Assembly: GCA_043810925.1 (NCBI GenBank) | Contig: JBDRNT010000094.1 | Span: forward strand, 14,113-78,112 | Direction of reading: 5' to 3' | Length of the DNA stretch: 64,000 bases | From: Candidatus Eiseniibacteriota bacterium | GTDB taxonomy: Bacteria; Arandabacterota; Arandabacteria; Arandabacterales; Arandabacteraceae | Shown: piece after piece, positions 1 through 8,759 of the stretch | How the letters are laid out: each line of letters begins with the position of its first letter | Position numbering within the stretch: the first letter of the stretch is position 1 | The notes under the pieces: model-generated | What the model saw: only the letters and a program-made list of their open reading frames with translations | What the model was told of the DNA's origin: nothing | Database searches by the model: none | Made by a program: the position numbers and the translations under genes

Positions 1-186
1 GAAAAGCTGGGAGCGACGGGCACCATCTTCTACATACACTTCTTCATGCCGCTTCCGGGGACACCTCTGGCAGGCGGCGATCCGGTCTTTCTCACAGATG
101 ACGAGCGGAGAAACCTTGATCGGCTGGCCCAGGAGGGTATAGTCAGGGGCAGATGGCGAAGCCAGGAGGAACTCGCAGGAGAGTAG
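1..186 (+). CDS. 3' end of a probable radical SAM protein (B12-binding/radical SAM-like), truncated by the window edge
   Basis: Frame 1 reads EKLGATGTIFYIHFFMPLPGTPLAGG...EELAGE* (TAG 184-186); FMPLPGTP is typical of radical SAM C-terminal regions. Confidence 0.55.
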   Translation, partial: EKLGATGTIFYIHFFMPLPGTPLAGGDPVFLTDDERRNLDRLAQEGIVRGRWRSQEELAGE

Positions 187-188
187 CT

Positions 189-725
189 ATGGCACGACGA
201 AGAACACGACCCTCGCAGATAAAGATCTTCTGCGGTCTGATAGGCTGTGAGGAGTCTTTCGCGCAGGCAGCCGACCTGCTTACCGCTCACTTCGGCGACA
301 TCGATTGCGAGAGCCCGGTCCTGCCTTTTGACTTTACCCAGTACTACAGGGACGAGATGGGGGATGGACTGCTCCGCAAGTGGATCGCCTTCAGGGAGTT
401 GCGCGAACGGGCGTTTCTCTCACGGGCCAAGCATCTGGCGATCCGGACCGAGCAGGATCTGGCTCAGGGTGAGATGAGGACAGTCAACATCGACCCCGGT
501 TACGTTGATGACGCACAGGTGGTTCTGGCAACTGCCAAGAACTTCTCTCACCGCATCTATGTGGGCATGGGGTATTATGCCGAGGTCACGCTCATATACA
601 GAGATAAGGATTTCAGACCGGTAGAGTGGACGTATCCCGATTACAAGAGCCCCGAGGGGCTTGGGTTTTTCAGGAAGGTCAGGAAAGCCTACCACACACA
701 GGTGAGGTCGGACAGTGACTCCTGA
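189..725 (+). CDS. DUF4416-family protein
   Basis: Motifs F(T)QYYRDEMG, RTVNIDPGY, LATAKNFSHRIY, WTYPDY; ATG at 189 directly follows the upstream stop. Confidence 0.75.
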   Translation: MARRRTRPSQIKIFCGLIGCEESFAQAADLLTAHFGDIDCESPVLPFDFTQYYRDEMGDGLLRKWIAFRELRERAFLSRAKHLAIRTEQDLAQGEMRTVNIDPGYVDDAQVVLATAKNFSHRIYVGMGYYAEVTLIYRDKDFRPVEWTYPDYKSPEGLGFFRKVRKAYHTQVRSDSDS

Positions 726-1569
726 GCGACGGGCACCGATTGTAGTTGCGTTTGCGATCGTGGTGGTCTCATTTGCGGCGATCCTGATAAGACTGTGTAA
801 CGTACCCACGGCTGTGATAGCCGCCTTCAGACTCGCCTTCTCATCACTCATCCTGCTGCCTCTCTTTGCCGGGAAGCGCCGGGGCCTTGTGGTTACGAAA
901 AAACAGGTGGGACTCTGTGCGCTTTCGGGCGTCTTTCTCTCGCTTCACTTCCTGCTGTGGATCGAATCGCTCCAAATCACGACGGTGGCGAGCTCCGTGG
1001 TGCTTGTGACGACAAGCCCCATCTTCGCGGCCATCTTCGCCTGGGTTGTGCTCAGGGAGGGGATAAGCCGGAGGACGCTCGTCGCGACGGTGCTGTGTTT
1101 TCTCGGAAGTCTGAGCATTGGTCGGGGAGATATCCATCTTGGTCCGGGGATGCTCAAGGGTGACCTCTTTGCCCTCGGTGGGGCGGCGGCATTCGGGGCA
1201 TGCTTCGTGATCGGTAGATCGCTCAGAAGAAGCCTCGGTTATATCGAGTATGCGTTCATGACCTACACGGCATCTGCCGTGTTGCTGCTTGCCTGGATGA
1301 TGTTGCGGGGGCATGGGTTCACGGGATTCGAACCCGTGAACTACCTCTGGTTTGCGCTTCTCGCACTCGGTCCACAGGTTTTCGGTCATACGTCGCTTAA
1401 CTGGGCACTCAAGTATATCCCCGCGCCGAAGGTCGCCATCTCCATCCTTGGTGAGCCCGTGGGCTCCGCACTTCTTGCGTGGCTCTTCTTTGCTGAAGTC
1501 CCGGGCTACGCGCTGTTCATCGGCGGCGCCCTTATCCTCTACGGCGTCTACCTCGCCATGACCGACTAA
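715..1569 (+). CDS. DMT/EamA-family transporter
   Basis: About 10 hydrophobic helices in two repeats; GHTSLNWALKY...ILGEPV motif. Confidence 0.85.
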   Translation: MTPERRAPIVVAFAIVVVSFAAILIRLCNVPTAVIAAFRLAFSSLILLPLFAGKRRGLVVTKKQVGLCALSGVFLSLHFLLWIESLQITTVASSVVLVTTSPIFAAIFAWVVLREGISRRTLVATVLCFLGSLSIGRGDIHLGPGMLKGDLFALGGAAAFGACFVIGRSLRRSLGYIEYAFMTYTASAVLLLAWMMLRGHGFTGFEPVNYLWFALLALGPQVFGHTSLNWALKYIPAPKVAISILGEPVGSALLAWLFFAEVPGYALFIGGALILYGVYLAMTD

Positions 1570-1574
1570 CCCAC

Positions 1575-1685
1575 AACCCTTGGGGTCAGAGCTAAAAAGG
1601 TGATAAACCCTTGGGGTCAGAGCTAAAAAGGTGCAGATGTGAGCTCTGACCCCAAGGGTTTATCACCTTTTTAGCTCTGACCCCA
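1575..1685. repeat. REP-like composite palindrome of GGGGTCAGAGCT units
   Basis: Perfect 44-bp inverted repeat (1581-1624 / 1642-1685, 17-nt loop); each arm holds two units at a 31-bp period. Confidence 0.9.
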
Positions 1686-1704
1686 TGTGGAGGGGGGAAT
1701 GTGG

Positions 1705-1733
1705 TTGAAACAGGCGGAGATTCGGTGTATAAT
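1705..1733 (+). promoter_or_regulatory. sigma70-type promoter
   Basis: TTGAAA-17 bp-TATAAT, about 40 nt upstream of ATG 1774, which has an AGGAGG RBS. Confidence 0.65.
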
Positions 1734-1773
1734 GGGACGCGTTGGAATGTGTTCAGCCACAGGAGGTGTCAAT

Positions 1774-3189
1774 ATGAAGCGAGTGCTACTGATTGGTTTG
1801 GTCTGTTGTATGTTCCCCGTGGCAGCATACGCGACCCCCTATGTCACGCCCGAAGAACTCATGAGTATGGAGTCGCATGAAGATGTTTTCACCCTCAGGG
1901 CGGGTGTCCCGGGTCCACGCCCGTTTGACTACGAGTACGATCCGCTCGCCAGGCTTCTACTGGGGGCCGACTTCATCGTGACCATGCAGGTCAGTGACAC
2001 TCTGCTCATGACCTATGGCGGGATAAGGGAAGGCGAGCACATGCTGGAGGTGATCCAGACCGACAACACGAGCGAGTCGATATGGATCTGGTCCCGCTGT
2101 TACAGCAGAAGCGGTCTGGATGCCTACCACGACAACATCGACGCCGCCTGGGAGTACTGTATGAATAACCCGGCATATGGTGAAGAGGGAGGAGACGACC
2201 GCGTGACGGGCTACTACCGTGTCTATAACTGCGGGTGGGCCCTGCGTGCGGAGATGGAATACCGGCGGGTATACGGCGATGCGACCTACTCGGCTTACGC
2301 CGATTCGTGCGCTTCTTATCTGTGTCATCATCCGATGTACCTCTTTTTCCCCGTGGGTGCGCCTAAGAGGCTCAACGGAATGATAATGGGTTGGGCGGTA
2401 GGGAACCTCTATGACTACGGTGTCGACGTCGGGAGCACGACCTACATGACCAAAGCGGTTGACTATGCGGACTCGGTCAAGGCCTGGGCTGAGACCAACC
2501 CGAACAAGTTCCACTGGCAGGAATGGGCCATGGAGGGTGGGGCTGTGATGTGGGGCGTGGTTAACTCCTATTTCAAAGACGATCCGACGGGAGTTGAAAC
2601 CTGGGTCGATACGTACGCACCGTATCTCGATACGGAAGTCGATTCGTCACAGTACCAGAATGCCTGGCGGGGCTGGGCCGCGCTCGGTCAGATCACGGCG
2701 GCCGAGGTTCTGGGGAGCGGAGTCTACTACGACTATTTCAAGCACCTTGCGGACACGCTCGTGCTCAATGACGGTGACCTGGACGGCGGGATCCCCGTCA
2801 CCGATCCCGAACCCGATGATCAGGACCAGTCCTGGGTTACGAACTACCTCGGCTTTATGTGTATGGACAAGCTGCTTGAGAATGCGGGTATAGCATCGCG
2901 CCAAACCCGGGACGAAGCCGCACTCGACGTATCCGCGGGGCCGATGCCATCGGGCGAGCTGCCCAGTCTGATGTTCAGGCTGGCGGAGCCCTCACGGGTA
3001 TCGATCACGGTCTATGATGTGACCGGACGGAGTATCTCAAGCAGGGATGCCGGAATCCTCAGTCAGGGATTCCACTCAATAGCCTTAAACGAGGGACTTG
3101 CCGGCGGTGAGGTCTCTCCGGGGATCTACTTCTATACACTGCGCTACGGGACAGGACTTGCCAGCGGTAAGGTTGTTGTGCTAAAGTAG
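1774..3189 (+). CDS. Secreted protein with a Trp/Tyr/Asp-rich core of unknown function and a C-terminal FlgD-Ig/T9SS-like domain
   Basis: RBS AGGAGG; signal peptide MKRVLLIGLVCCMFPVAAYA; C-terminus ITVYDVTGR...SPGIYFYTL...GKVVVLK. Confidence 0.7.
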   Translation: MKRVLLIGLVCCMFPVAAYATPYVTPEELMSMESHEDVFTLRAGVPGPRPFDYEYDPLARLLLGADFIVTMQVSDTLLMTYGGIREGEHMLEVIQTDNTSESIWIWSRCYSRSGLDAYHDNIDAAWEYCMNNPAYGEEGGDDRVTGYYRVYNCGWALRAEMEYRRVYGDATYSAYADSCASYLCHHPMYLFFPVGAPKRLNGMIMGWAVGNLYDYGVDVGSTTYMTKAVDYADSVKAWAETNPNKFHWQEWAMEGGAVMWGVVNSYFKDDPTGVETWVDTYAPYLDTEVDSSQYQNAWRGWAALGQITAAEVLGSGVYYDYFKHLADTLVLNDGDLDGGIPVTDPEPDDQDQSWVTNYLGFMCMDKLLENAGIASRQTRDEAALDVSAGPMPSGELPSLMFRLAEPSRVSITVYDVTGRSISSRDAGILSQGFHSIALNEGLAGGEVSPGIYFYTLRYGTGLASGKVVVLK

Positions 3190-3369
3190 ACCCTGCACCG
3201 GGCGCAGGATGTGATACATGCGGTGTGACTCTGCGGTTCCCGGTATGGAAGCCGAATTGAGTGGAGCCAGCTGACTTGGTAGACGCATTAGTGGTCTTTA
3301 CAGGTGGCCCGACCCTGTCACAATCTGAAATCTTCCATGTGGTTCCCCCTATTTCGGAGGTGATGCTCC

Positions 3370-3897
3370 ATAGAGCATAAGAGCGGAGGGGCCCTTCTTG
3401 TCGTAGACATGCTGAACGACTTCGTGTTGCCCGGGGCCCCGCTCGAAGTCCCGCTTGCCCGGGACATCATCCCGGTTGTCCGCACGAGAATCGAAAGGGC
3501 CAGGCAAGAGGGAATCCCGGTGATCTACCTGTGTGATGCGCACGCGGAGGATGACAGGGAATTCAAGATCTGGCCGAGACACGCCGTTGGCGGGACGGAG
3601 GGAAGCAGGGTGATCAGAGAGCTCGCTCCGGGCCGGGGTGACATAGTGCTTGCCAAAACCACGTATTCAGCTTTTTATAAGACACAGCTTGAGGATACTC
3701 TTAAGCGAATGAAGATAGAGAGGCTGACAATAGTCGGCATTGTTACCAATATATGCATCTTCTTCACCGCCGCAGATGCCGTGATGCGAGGATACGATGT
3801 GGAGGTCCCGCGGGACGGTGTCGCGGCCCTGAGTCCGGACGAAAACGAGTTCGCACTCGACCAGATGGCCGATGTTCTCAAGGTGAGGCTCACATGA
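3370..3897 (+). CDS. pncA: Nicotinamidase/isochorismatase-family cysteine hydrolase (probable ATA start)
   Basis: ALLVVDMLNDF, DAH, WPRHA, KTTYSAF, GIVTNIC motifs; coupled to the next gene by an ATGA overlap; the ATG at 3409 would omit the catalytic Asp. Confidence 0.8.
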   Translation: MEHKSGGALLVVDMLNDFVLPGAPLEVPLARDIIPVVRTRIERARQEGIPVIYLCDAHAEDDREFKIWPRHAVGGTEGSRVIRELAPGRGDIVLAKTTYSAFYKTQLEDTLKRMKIERLTIVGIVTNICIFFTAADAVMRGYDVEVPRDGVAALSPDENEFALDQMADVLKVRLT

Positions 3898-5072
3898 AAA
3901 AACGGTCTTTTCACATCGCAAGCGAGCGGGACATACGGCTCGGGCGTACGACAGACGTCTATTTCGACAGGACGGTCGAGATACTCAAGCGCTCGAAATC
4001 CTCCAGCCGGGTCAAGGCGGAGTTTACTGCGAAGAGCCTGCCTCCCGACTACGCGTGGGCTATCATGGCCGGTCTCGAGGAATGCCTGAGCCTCCTCGAA
4101 GGGCTCGATATCGATCTCAGGGCGGTCGATGAGGGTACCGTCATAAGGCCCGACGAACCTGTGATGACGATAGAAGGCAACTACATCGATTTCGGAGCTC
4201 TCGAGACCCCGCTCCTCGGTTTTCTGTGCCAGGCTTCGGGTGTTGCCACGAAGGCGGCACGGCTGAGGATCGCAGCGGGTGAGCATACGCTCATAAGTTT
4301 CGGCGCCAGGCGTATGCATCCGGCCGTGTCACCTATGATCGAACGGAATGCTTTTGTCGGCGGATGTGACGGCGTCGCAACCGTCAAGGCGGGTGAGATG
4401 CTGGGGATCGAACCGTCGGGTACGATGCCCCATGCGCTGGTCATACTGAGTGGCGGGATCGATGAAGCCCTGGCCGGGTTCGACAAGTACATGCCCAAAG
4501 ACATCAAGCGTATCGCTCTCGTCGACACTTTCGGGGATGAGAAGTTCGAAGCACTGGCGGCATGCGATACGCTCGGGCGTGGGCTCTACGGTGTCAGGCT
4601 GGATACGCCACGCTCGAGACGGGGTGACATGTACGAAATCGTCAGGGAACTGAGGTGGGAGCTCGATCTTCGGGGCTACTCCCATGTCAGGATTCTCGTG
4701 AGCGGTGGATTGGACGAAGCAGAGATCGAGGATCTCGGTGAGGTGGTCGACGGTTTCGGTGTCGGCACTTGTTTGAGCAATGCGCGTGTGATTGACTACG
4801 CGATGGACATAGTTGAAGTTGACGGTGAGTCCCGTGCCAAGAGAGGCAAGATGAGCGGTGAGAAAAAGCTCCTGAGGTGCGCCGGATGTCACAGTGATTT
4901 TGTTGTACCGGCCAGGAGCCGCGCACGCGTAAGATGCGAATGCGGGGGTAAGGTCGAGAACCTGAGCCGCGACTTTATCAAAGGCGGCCGGATCACGAGG
5001 AGACTGCCGGCACCCAAGGACTTAAGAAAGCGCGTGCTCAAGAGCCTGAGTTGGATTGATGGGAGGATGTAG
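3894..5072 (+). CDS. pncB: Nicotinate phosphoribosyltransferase with a C-terminal Cys-rich Zn ribbon
   Basis: TDVYF, SFGARRMHP, GTMPH, VRLDTP, VSGG, FGVGT, AKRGK motifs. Confidence 0.9.
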   Translation: MKKRSFHIASERDIRLGRTTDVYFDRTVEILKRSKSSSRVKAEFTAKSLPPDYAWAIMAGLEECLSLLEGLDIDLRAVDEGTVIRPDEPVMTIEGNYIDFGALETPLLGFLCQASGVATKAARLRIAAGEHTLISFGARRMHPAVSPMIERNAFVGGCDGVATVKAGEMLGIEPSGTMPHALVILSGGIDEALAGFDKYMPKDIKRIALVDTFGDEKFEALAACDTLGRGLYGVRLDTPRSRRGDMYEIVRELRWELDLRGYSHVRILVSGGLDEAEIEDLGEVVDGFGVGTCLSNARVIDYAMDIVEVDGESRAKRGKMSGEKKLLRCAGCHSDFVVPARSRARVRCECGGKVENLSRDFIKGGRITRRLPAPKDLRKRVLKSLSWIDGRM

Positions 5073-6088
5073 TGTCCATTCTGAGACAGGATCTTGCGAC
5101 CAGAACCTGGAGCATTATCGCCAAGGAGCGCGGCAAGCGCCCCGACGATTTCGCCAGGAAGAAAGCGGATGCAAAGCCCAAGACGTCACATGATGAGAAA
5201 TGCCCGTTTTGCCGCGGCAACGAGCATAAGACGCCCGAGGCGGTGTTCTCACTTCCCGCAACCGGAGCTGGGAATGATAAGGACTGGGCCCTTCGGGTGG
5301 TGCCGAACAAGTTTTCGGCCTTGGCTCCACCGGAGCCCGGGTCGGACCCCGGAAGGACGAAAACAGGCATCTATCTTGAGATGTGCGGTTGCGGTGCACA
5401 TGAGGTAGTGATCGAGGTACCCGACCATTCCAAGACGATTGCAACCATGAGCGACGAGGAGGTTGCAAGGATCGTCCACACGTATAGAGAGAGATTTCTC
5501 GAGCTGGACCGGTCCGACTGGAACCAGTTGATCATAGTTTTCAGAAACCAGGGCGAAGAGGCGGGCACGTCGCTTGAACATCCGCATTCCCAGATAATCG
5601 GCACCCCGATAGTTCCCCAGGAGATCAGGCGCAGGCTAGAGGAGGCCCAGAGGTATTACGATGACCATGGCACATGTGTCTACTGTGACATACTCCACCA
5701 TGAGTTGGCCGAAAAGACACGGCTGGTCTGTTCCAACGCAGGGTTCGTTGCCCTTTGTCCTTTCGCGTCCACGGTACCCTATGAGATGTGGATCCTGCCA
5801 CGACGACATGCGTCATCGTTCGGGGTCCTGACCGAGGAGGGCGCTGATCTGCTCGCCAAACTGCTTAGAGAGACTCTCTTGAGATTGCACCGCCTGCTCG
5901 GCAATCCCGATTACAACTACGTTGTGCGGTCCGCCCCCCACTACTCTGCCGGCGAGCCGCACTTCCACTGGTATGTCGAGGTCCTGCCCAGACTTTCCAC
6001 GCGCGCCGGTTTTGAGATCGGCAGCGGCATGAACATAAACATAGTCGCCCCTGAAGATGCTGCCGCTCAGCTCAGGAAGGCGCTCTGA
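5072..6088 (+). CDS. galT: Galactose-1-phosphate uridylyltransferase (GalT family)
   Basis: CPFC, RVVPNKF, HEVVIE, GTSLEHPHSQI (HPH active site), AGFEIGSG. Confidence 0.88.
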   Translation: MSILRQDLATRTWSIIAKERGKRPDDFARKKADAKPKTSHDEKCPFCRGNEHKTPEAVFSLPATGAGNDKDWALRVVPNKFSALAPPEPGSDPGRTKTGIYLEMCGCGAHEVVIEVPDHSKTIATMSDEEVARIVHTYRERFLELDRSDWNQLIIVFRNQGEEAGTSLEHPHSQIIGTPIVPQEIRRRLEEAQRYYDDHGTCVYCDILHHELAEKTRLVCSNAGFVALCPFASTVPYEMWILPRRHASSFGVLTEEGADLLAKLLRETLLRLHRLLGNPDYNYVVRSAPHYSAGEPHFHWYVEVLPRLSTRAGFEIGSGMNINIVAPEDAAAQLRKAL

Positions 6089-6089
6089 G

Positions 6090-6752
6090 ATGAAACAGGG
6101 AAACCTGGAGGCGAAGCGGAGCCAGATGGTGGAGCAACAGATACTGTCACGTGGTGTCCAGGACCGGCTCGTGCTCGAAGCCATGAGAAAGGTCCCCAGG
6201 CATCTGTTTGTGCCGAGCGAACGAGTGGATTCCGCCTATGCGGACAGGCCACTTCCGATCGGGTGCGGTCAGACTATCTCGCAACCCTACATGGTGGCGG
6301 TGATGACGGAGGCCCTGGCCCTTGAGGGACATGAGAAGGTGCTTGAAATCGGTACCGGCTCGGGTTACCAGGCCGCGATACTTGCGGAGATTACGGATCA
6401 TGTTGTATCGCTTGAGCGACAGCCCGAGCTTGCAGATGCGGCGGCGCAGACCCTGAAGGCGCTCGGCTACGTAAATGTTGAGATCATGGTCGGTGACGGC
6501 TCGAAGGGGTATCCTGAGAGGGCTCCATATGACGGTATCCTCGTCACGGCCGGAGCACCGGACATGCCGCATGTTCTCATCGAGCAGCTTACCGATGGAG
6601 GTAGGCTGGTCATTCCGGTCGGCAACAGCTTCCAGCAGACATTGACGAGGGTGACACGAAGGGGTGATGACTACGAGACTGAGAAGTTGGAGGGATGTGT
6701 ATTTGTCCCCCTGATAGGTGAATACGGATGGAAAGAGAGCGAGGTCGAGTAG
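6090..6752 (+). CDS. pcm: Protein-L-isoaspartate O-methyltransferase
   Basis: VPRHLFV, QTISQPY, VLEIGTGSGYQAA, FVPLIG. Confidence 0.95.
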   Translation: MKQGNLEAKRSQMVEQQILSRGVQDRLVLEAMRKVPRHLFVPSERVDSAYADRPLPIGCGQTISQPYMVAVMTEALALEGHEKVLEIGTGSGYQAAILAEITDHVVSLERQPELADAAAQTLKALGYVNVEIMVGDGSKGYPERAPYDGILVTAGAPDMPHVLIEQLTDGGRLVIPVGNSFQQTLTRVTRRGDDYETEKLEGCVFVPLIGEYGWKESEVE

Positions 6753-6774
6753 CGGCAGGAGGAGAATTCCGCAG

Positions 6775-7890
6775 ATGATAAATCGCAAGCAGATAATCGA
6801 CTTACTTCACTTCAGATCGGGCTCGCATCCCGTGCTGAGCTTCTACATGGGGATCGGTGTTTACAAGGCGCAGCGCAAGGCCTACGAGATCGAGGCGAAG
6901 GACATAATGAAGAAGGCGATAACCGAGGCCGGTATCACGGGGGAGGCCCGGAAACATGTGGAGGAGGATGTTCACAGGATCCAGAATTTTCTCACGATGG
7001 ATTTCAAGGGACGGGCGAAGGGGCTTGCGATATTCGCCTCAAAGCCTGCCGGGCTCTGGCAGGTCTTCAGGCTTCCTGTGACGGTTCCGGACAGATGCGT
7101 CGTCGACCAGATGCCTTTTGTGCTCCCTGTTCTTAAGATAGTCGACGAGGGACGACGTTACTGTGTTGTTGTTGTCGATAAGGAAAAGGCAAGATTGTTC
7201 ACGGTCTATCTTGGAGAGATACTGGAGAGAACGGACATACTCGATGATGTGCCCGGGTGGCACAAGCAGGGGGGGATGGCCCAGGCGAGGTTCCAGAGGC
7301 ATATTGAGGATCATGTCAACAGACACCTCAAGCACGTGGCGGATACCATGTTCCGATTCCACAAGGCCGAAGGATTCGGTCACGTGATCATAGGGGGCTC
7401 TCAGGAAGTGCGAACAAGGCTCAACCGGGTTCTTCACTCGTACCTCCAGAGCATAGTGGTCGGTCACATATCCACCGATGTGACATCCAACATAAACGAA
7501 ATCAAAGCCGCTGCAAAGAAGATCGAGCGGGAGACCGAGGAGCGAAAGGCCAGGGAGATAGCAGAAAGACTGCTTGCCCGGTCGGGCCCGGGTGATATGA
7601 CGGTGACAGGGCTTAAGAACACTGTTGCCGCGCTCCAGGAGGGACGGGTTCATACGCTTGTCCTGGTAGATAACCACGAGATCGGTGGCTGCCTGTGCGC
7701 TGACTGCGGCAGTGTTGAGGTGATGGGTGCCGGGGAGTGCGTGTTTTGTGAAAAGAAACTTAGCAAGATCGGGGATGTCTCAGAACACCTTGCAGTGCTG
7801 GCCGTTGAACACGATGCAGAGGTGAATTACGTACAGCCCAAGTCCGGCCTTGAAGAGGTTGACGGTGTCGGTGCTATCTTGAGATGGTAA
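6775..7890 (+). CDS. Bacterial archaeo-eukaryotic release factor (aeRF1/Vms1-like, baeRF family)
   Basis: KGLAIFA, VVVVDKEKARLF, VPGWHKQGGMAQARFQRH loop, CxxC...CxxC knuckle, C-terminal GVGAILRW. Confidence 0.75.
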   Translation: MINRKQIIDLLHFRSGSHPVLSFYMGIGVYKAQRKAYEIEAKDIMKKAITEAGITGEARKHVEEDVHRIQNFLTMDFKGRAKGLAIFASKPAGLWQVFRLPVTVPDRCVVDQMPFVLPVLKIVDEGRRYCVVVVDKEKARLFTVYLGEILERTDILDDVPGWHKQGGMAQARFQRHIEDHVNRHLKHVADTMFRFHKAEGFGHVIIGGSQEVRTRLNRVLHSYLQSIVVGHISTDVTSNINEIKAAAKKIERETEERKAREIAERLLARSGPGDMTVTGLKNTVAALQEGRVHTLVLVDNHEIGGCLCADCGSVEVMGAGECVFCEKKLSKIGDVSEHLAVLAVEHDAEVNYVQPKSGLEEVDGVGAILRW

Positions 7891-7948
7891 GATTCGTGGG
7901 CGGAAAGGCCGGCGGGGATATTCGATGAGATAGGAGGGTGGAGCTAAG

Positions 7949-8638
7949 ATGGGACTCATCCACATGACAGGTATTGTCAAAGAGTATGAGATGGGCGAAG
8001 CAATGGTCCATGCACTGCGGGGGATAGAACTTGAAGTCAAGAGTGGTGAGTTCCTGGCCATCGTCGGACCATCGGGTTCGGGCAAGTCCACACTGATGAA
8101 TCTCATCGGATGCCTTGACAGGCCTACCTCGGGCGAGTATTACCCCGACGGCCGCAAGGTTGACGATCTGAGTGACGACGAACTCGCGCGCATCAGGAAC
8201 AAGAGCATAGGTTTTGTTTTCCAGACATTCAATCTTCTTCCGAGGACGAACTGTCTTCATAACGTGGAGCTGCCGCTGCTGTACTCAAATGTCGGCAGGA
8301 AGGACAGGGAGAGGACGGCCCTTGAGATCCTTGAGCGGGTCGGGCTTAAAGACCGAGTGTATCACAATCCCAACGAGCTCTCAGGCGGAGAGAGACAGCG
8401 GGTGGCAATCGCCAGAGCGCTTGTCAACGATCCCACAATCGTTCTTGCCGACGAGCCCACCGGTAATCTCGACAGCAAGACCGGGTCTGAGATCATGGCC
8501 ATATTTACGGAGCTGAATAAAGAGGGCAAGACGATCGTGCTTGTCACACACGAGAAGTACATCGCGGACTATTCGGCAAGAGTGATCTACCTCAGGGACG
8601 GCAGGGTGGTGAAGGAGGATGCCGAAGTCCTGAGGTGA
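7949..8638 (+). CDS. ABC transporter ATP-binding protein (LolD/MacB type)
   Basis: GPSGSGKST, LSGGERQRVAIARAL, LADEPTGNLD, VTH. Confidence 0.95.
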   Translation: MGLIHMTGIVKEYEMGEAMVHALRGIELEVKSGEFLAIVGPSGSGKSTLMNLIGCLDRPTSGEYYPDGRKVDDLSDDELARIRNKSIGFVFQTFNLLPRTNCLHNVELPLLYSNVGRKDRERTALEILERVGLKDRVYHNPNELSGGERQRVAIARALVNDPTIVLADEPTGNLDSKTGSEIMAIFTELNKEGKTIVLVTHEKYIADYSARVIYLRDGRVVKEDAEVLR

Positions 8639-8759
8639 CATAACGCGCGGCGCCGTGTGTATCGGCTCAGGCGGCGTCAGCCTCATTCACCGGTCCTCGG
8701 CGTATCTTAAACATAAGCCTGCCCGCGATTCATTCGGCTTCCTTGCCATCTCCGACACC

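Noticed and set aside
1575..1685. Possible CRISPR array
   Set aside because: The units are adjacent or inverted with no unique spacers, and there are no cas genes.
4878..4892. CAGCH (CxxCH) in PncB as a heme-binding site
   Set aside because: The enzyme is cytoplasmic, and the motif pairs with a downstream CECG as a probable Zn ribbon.
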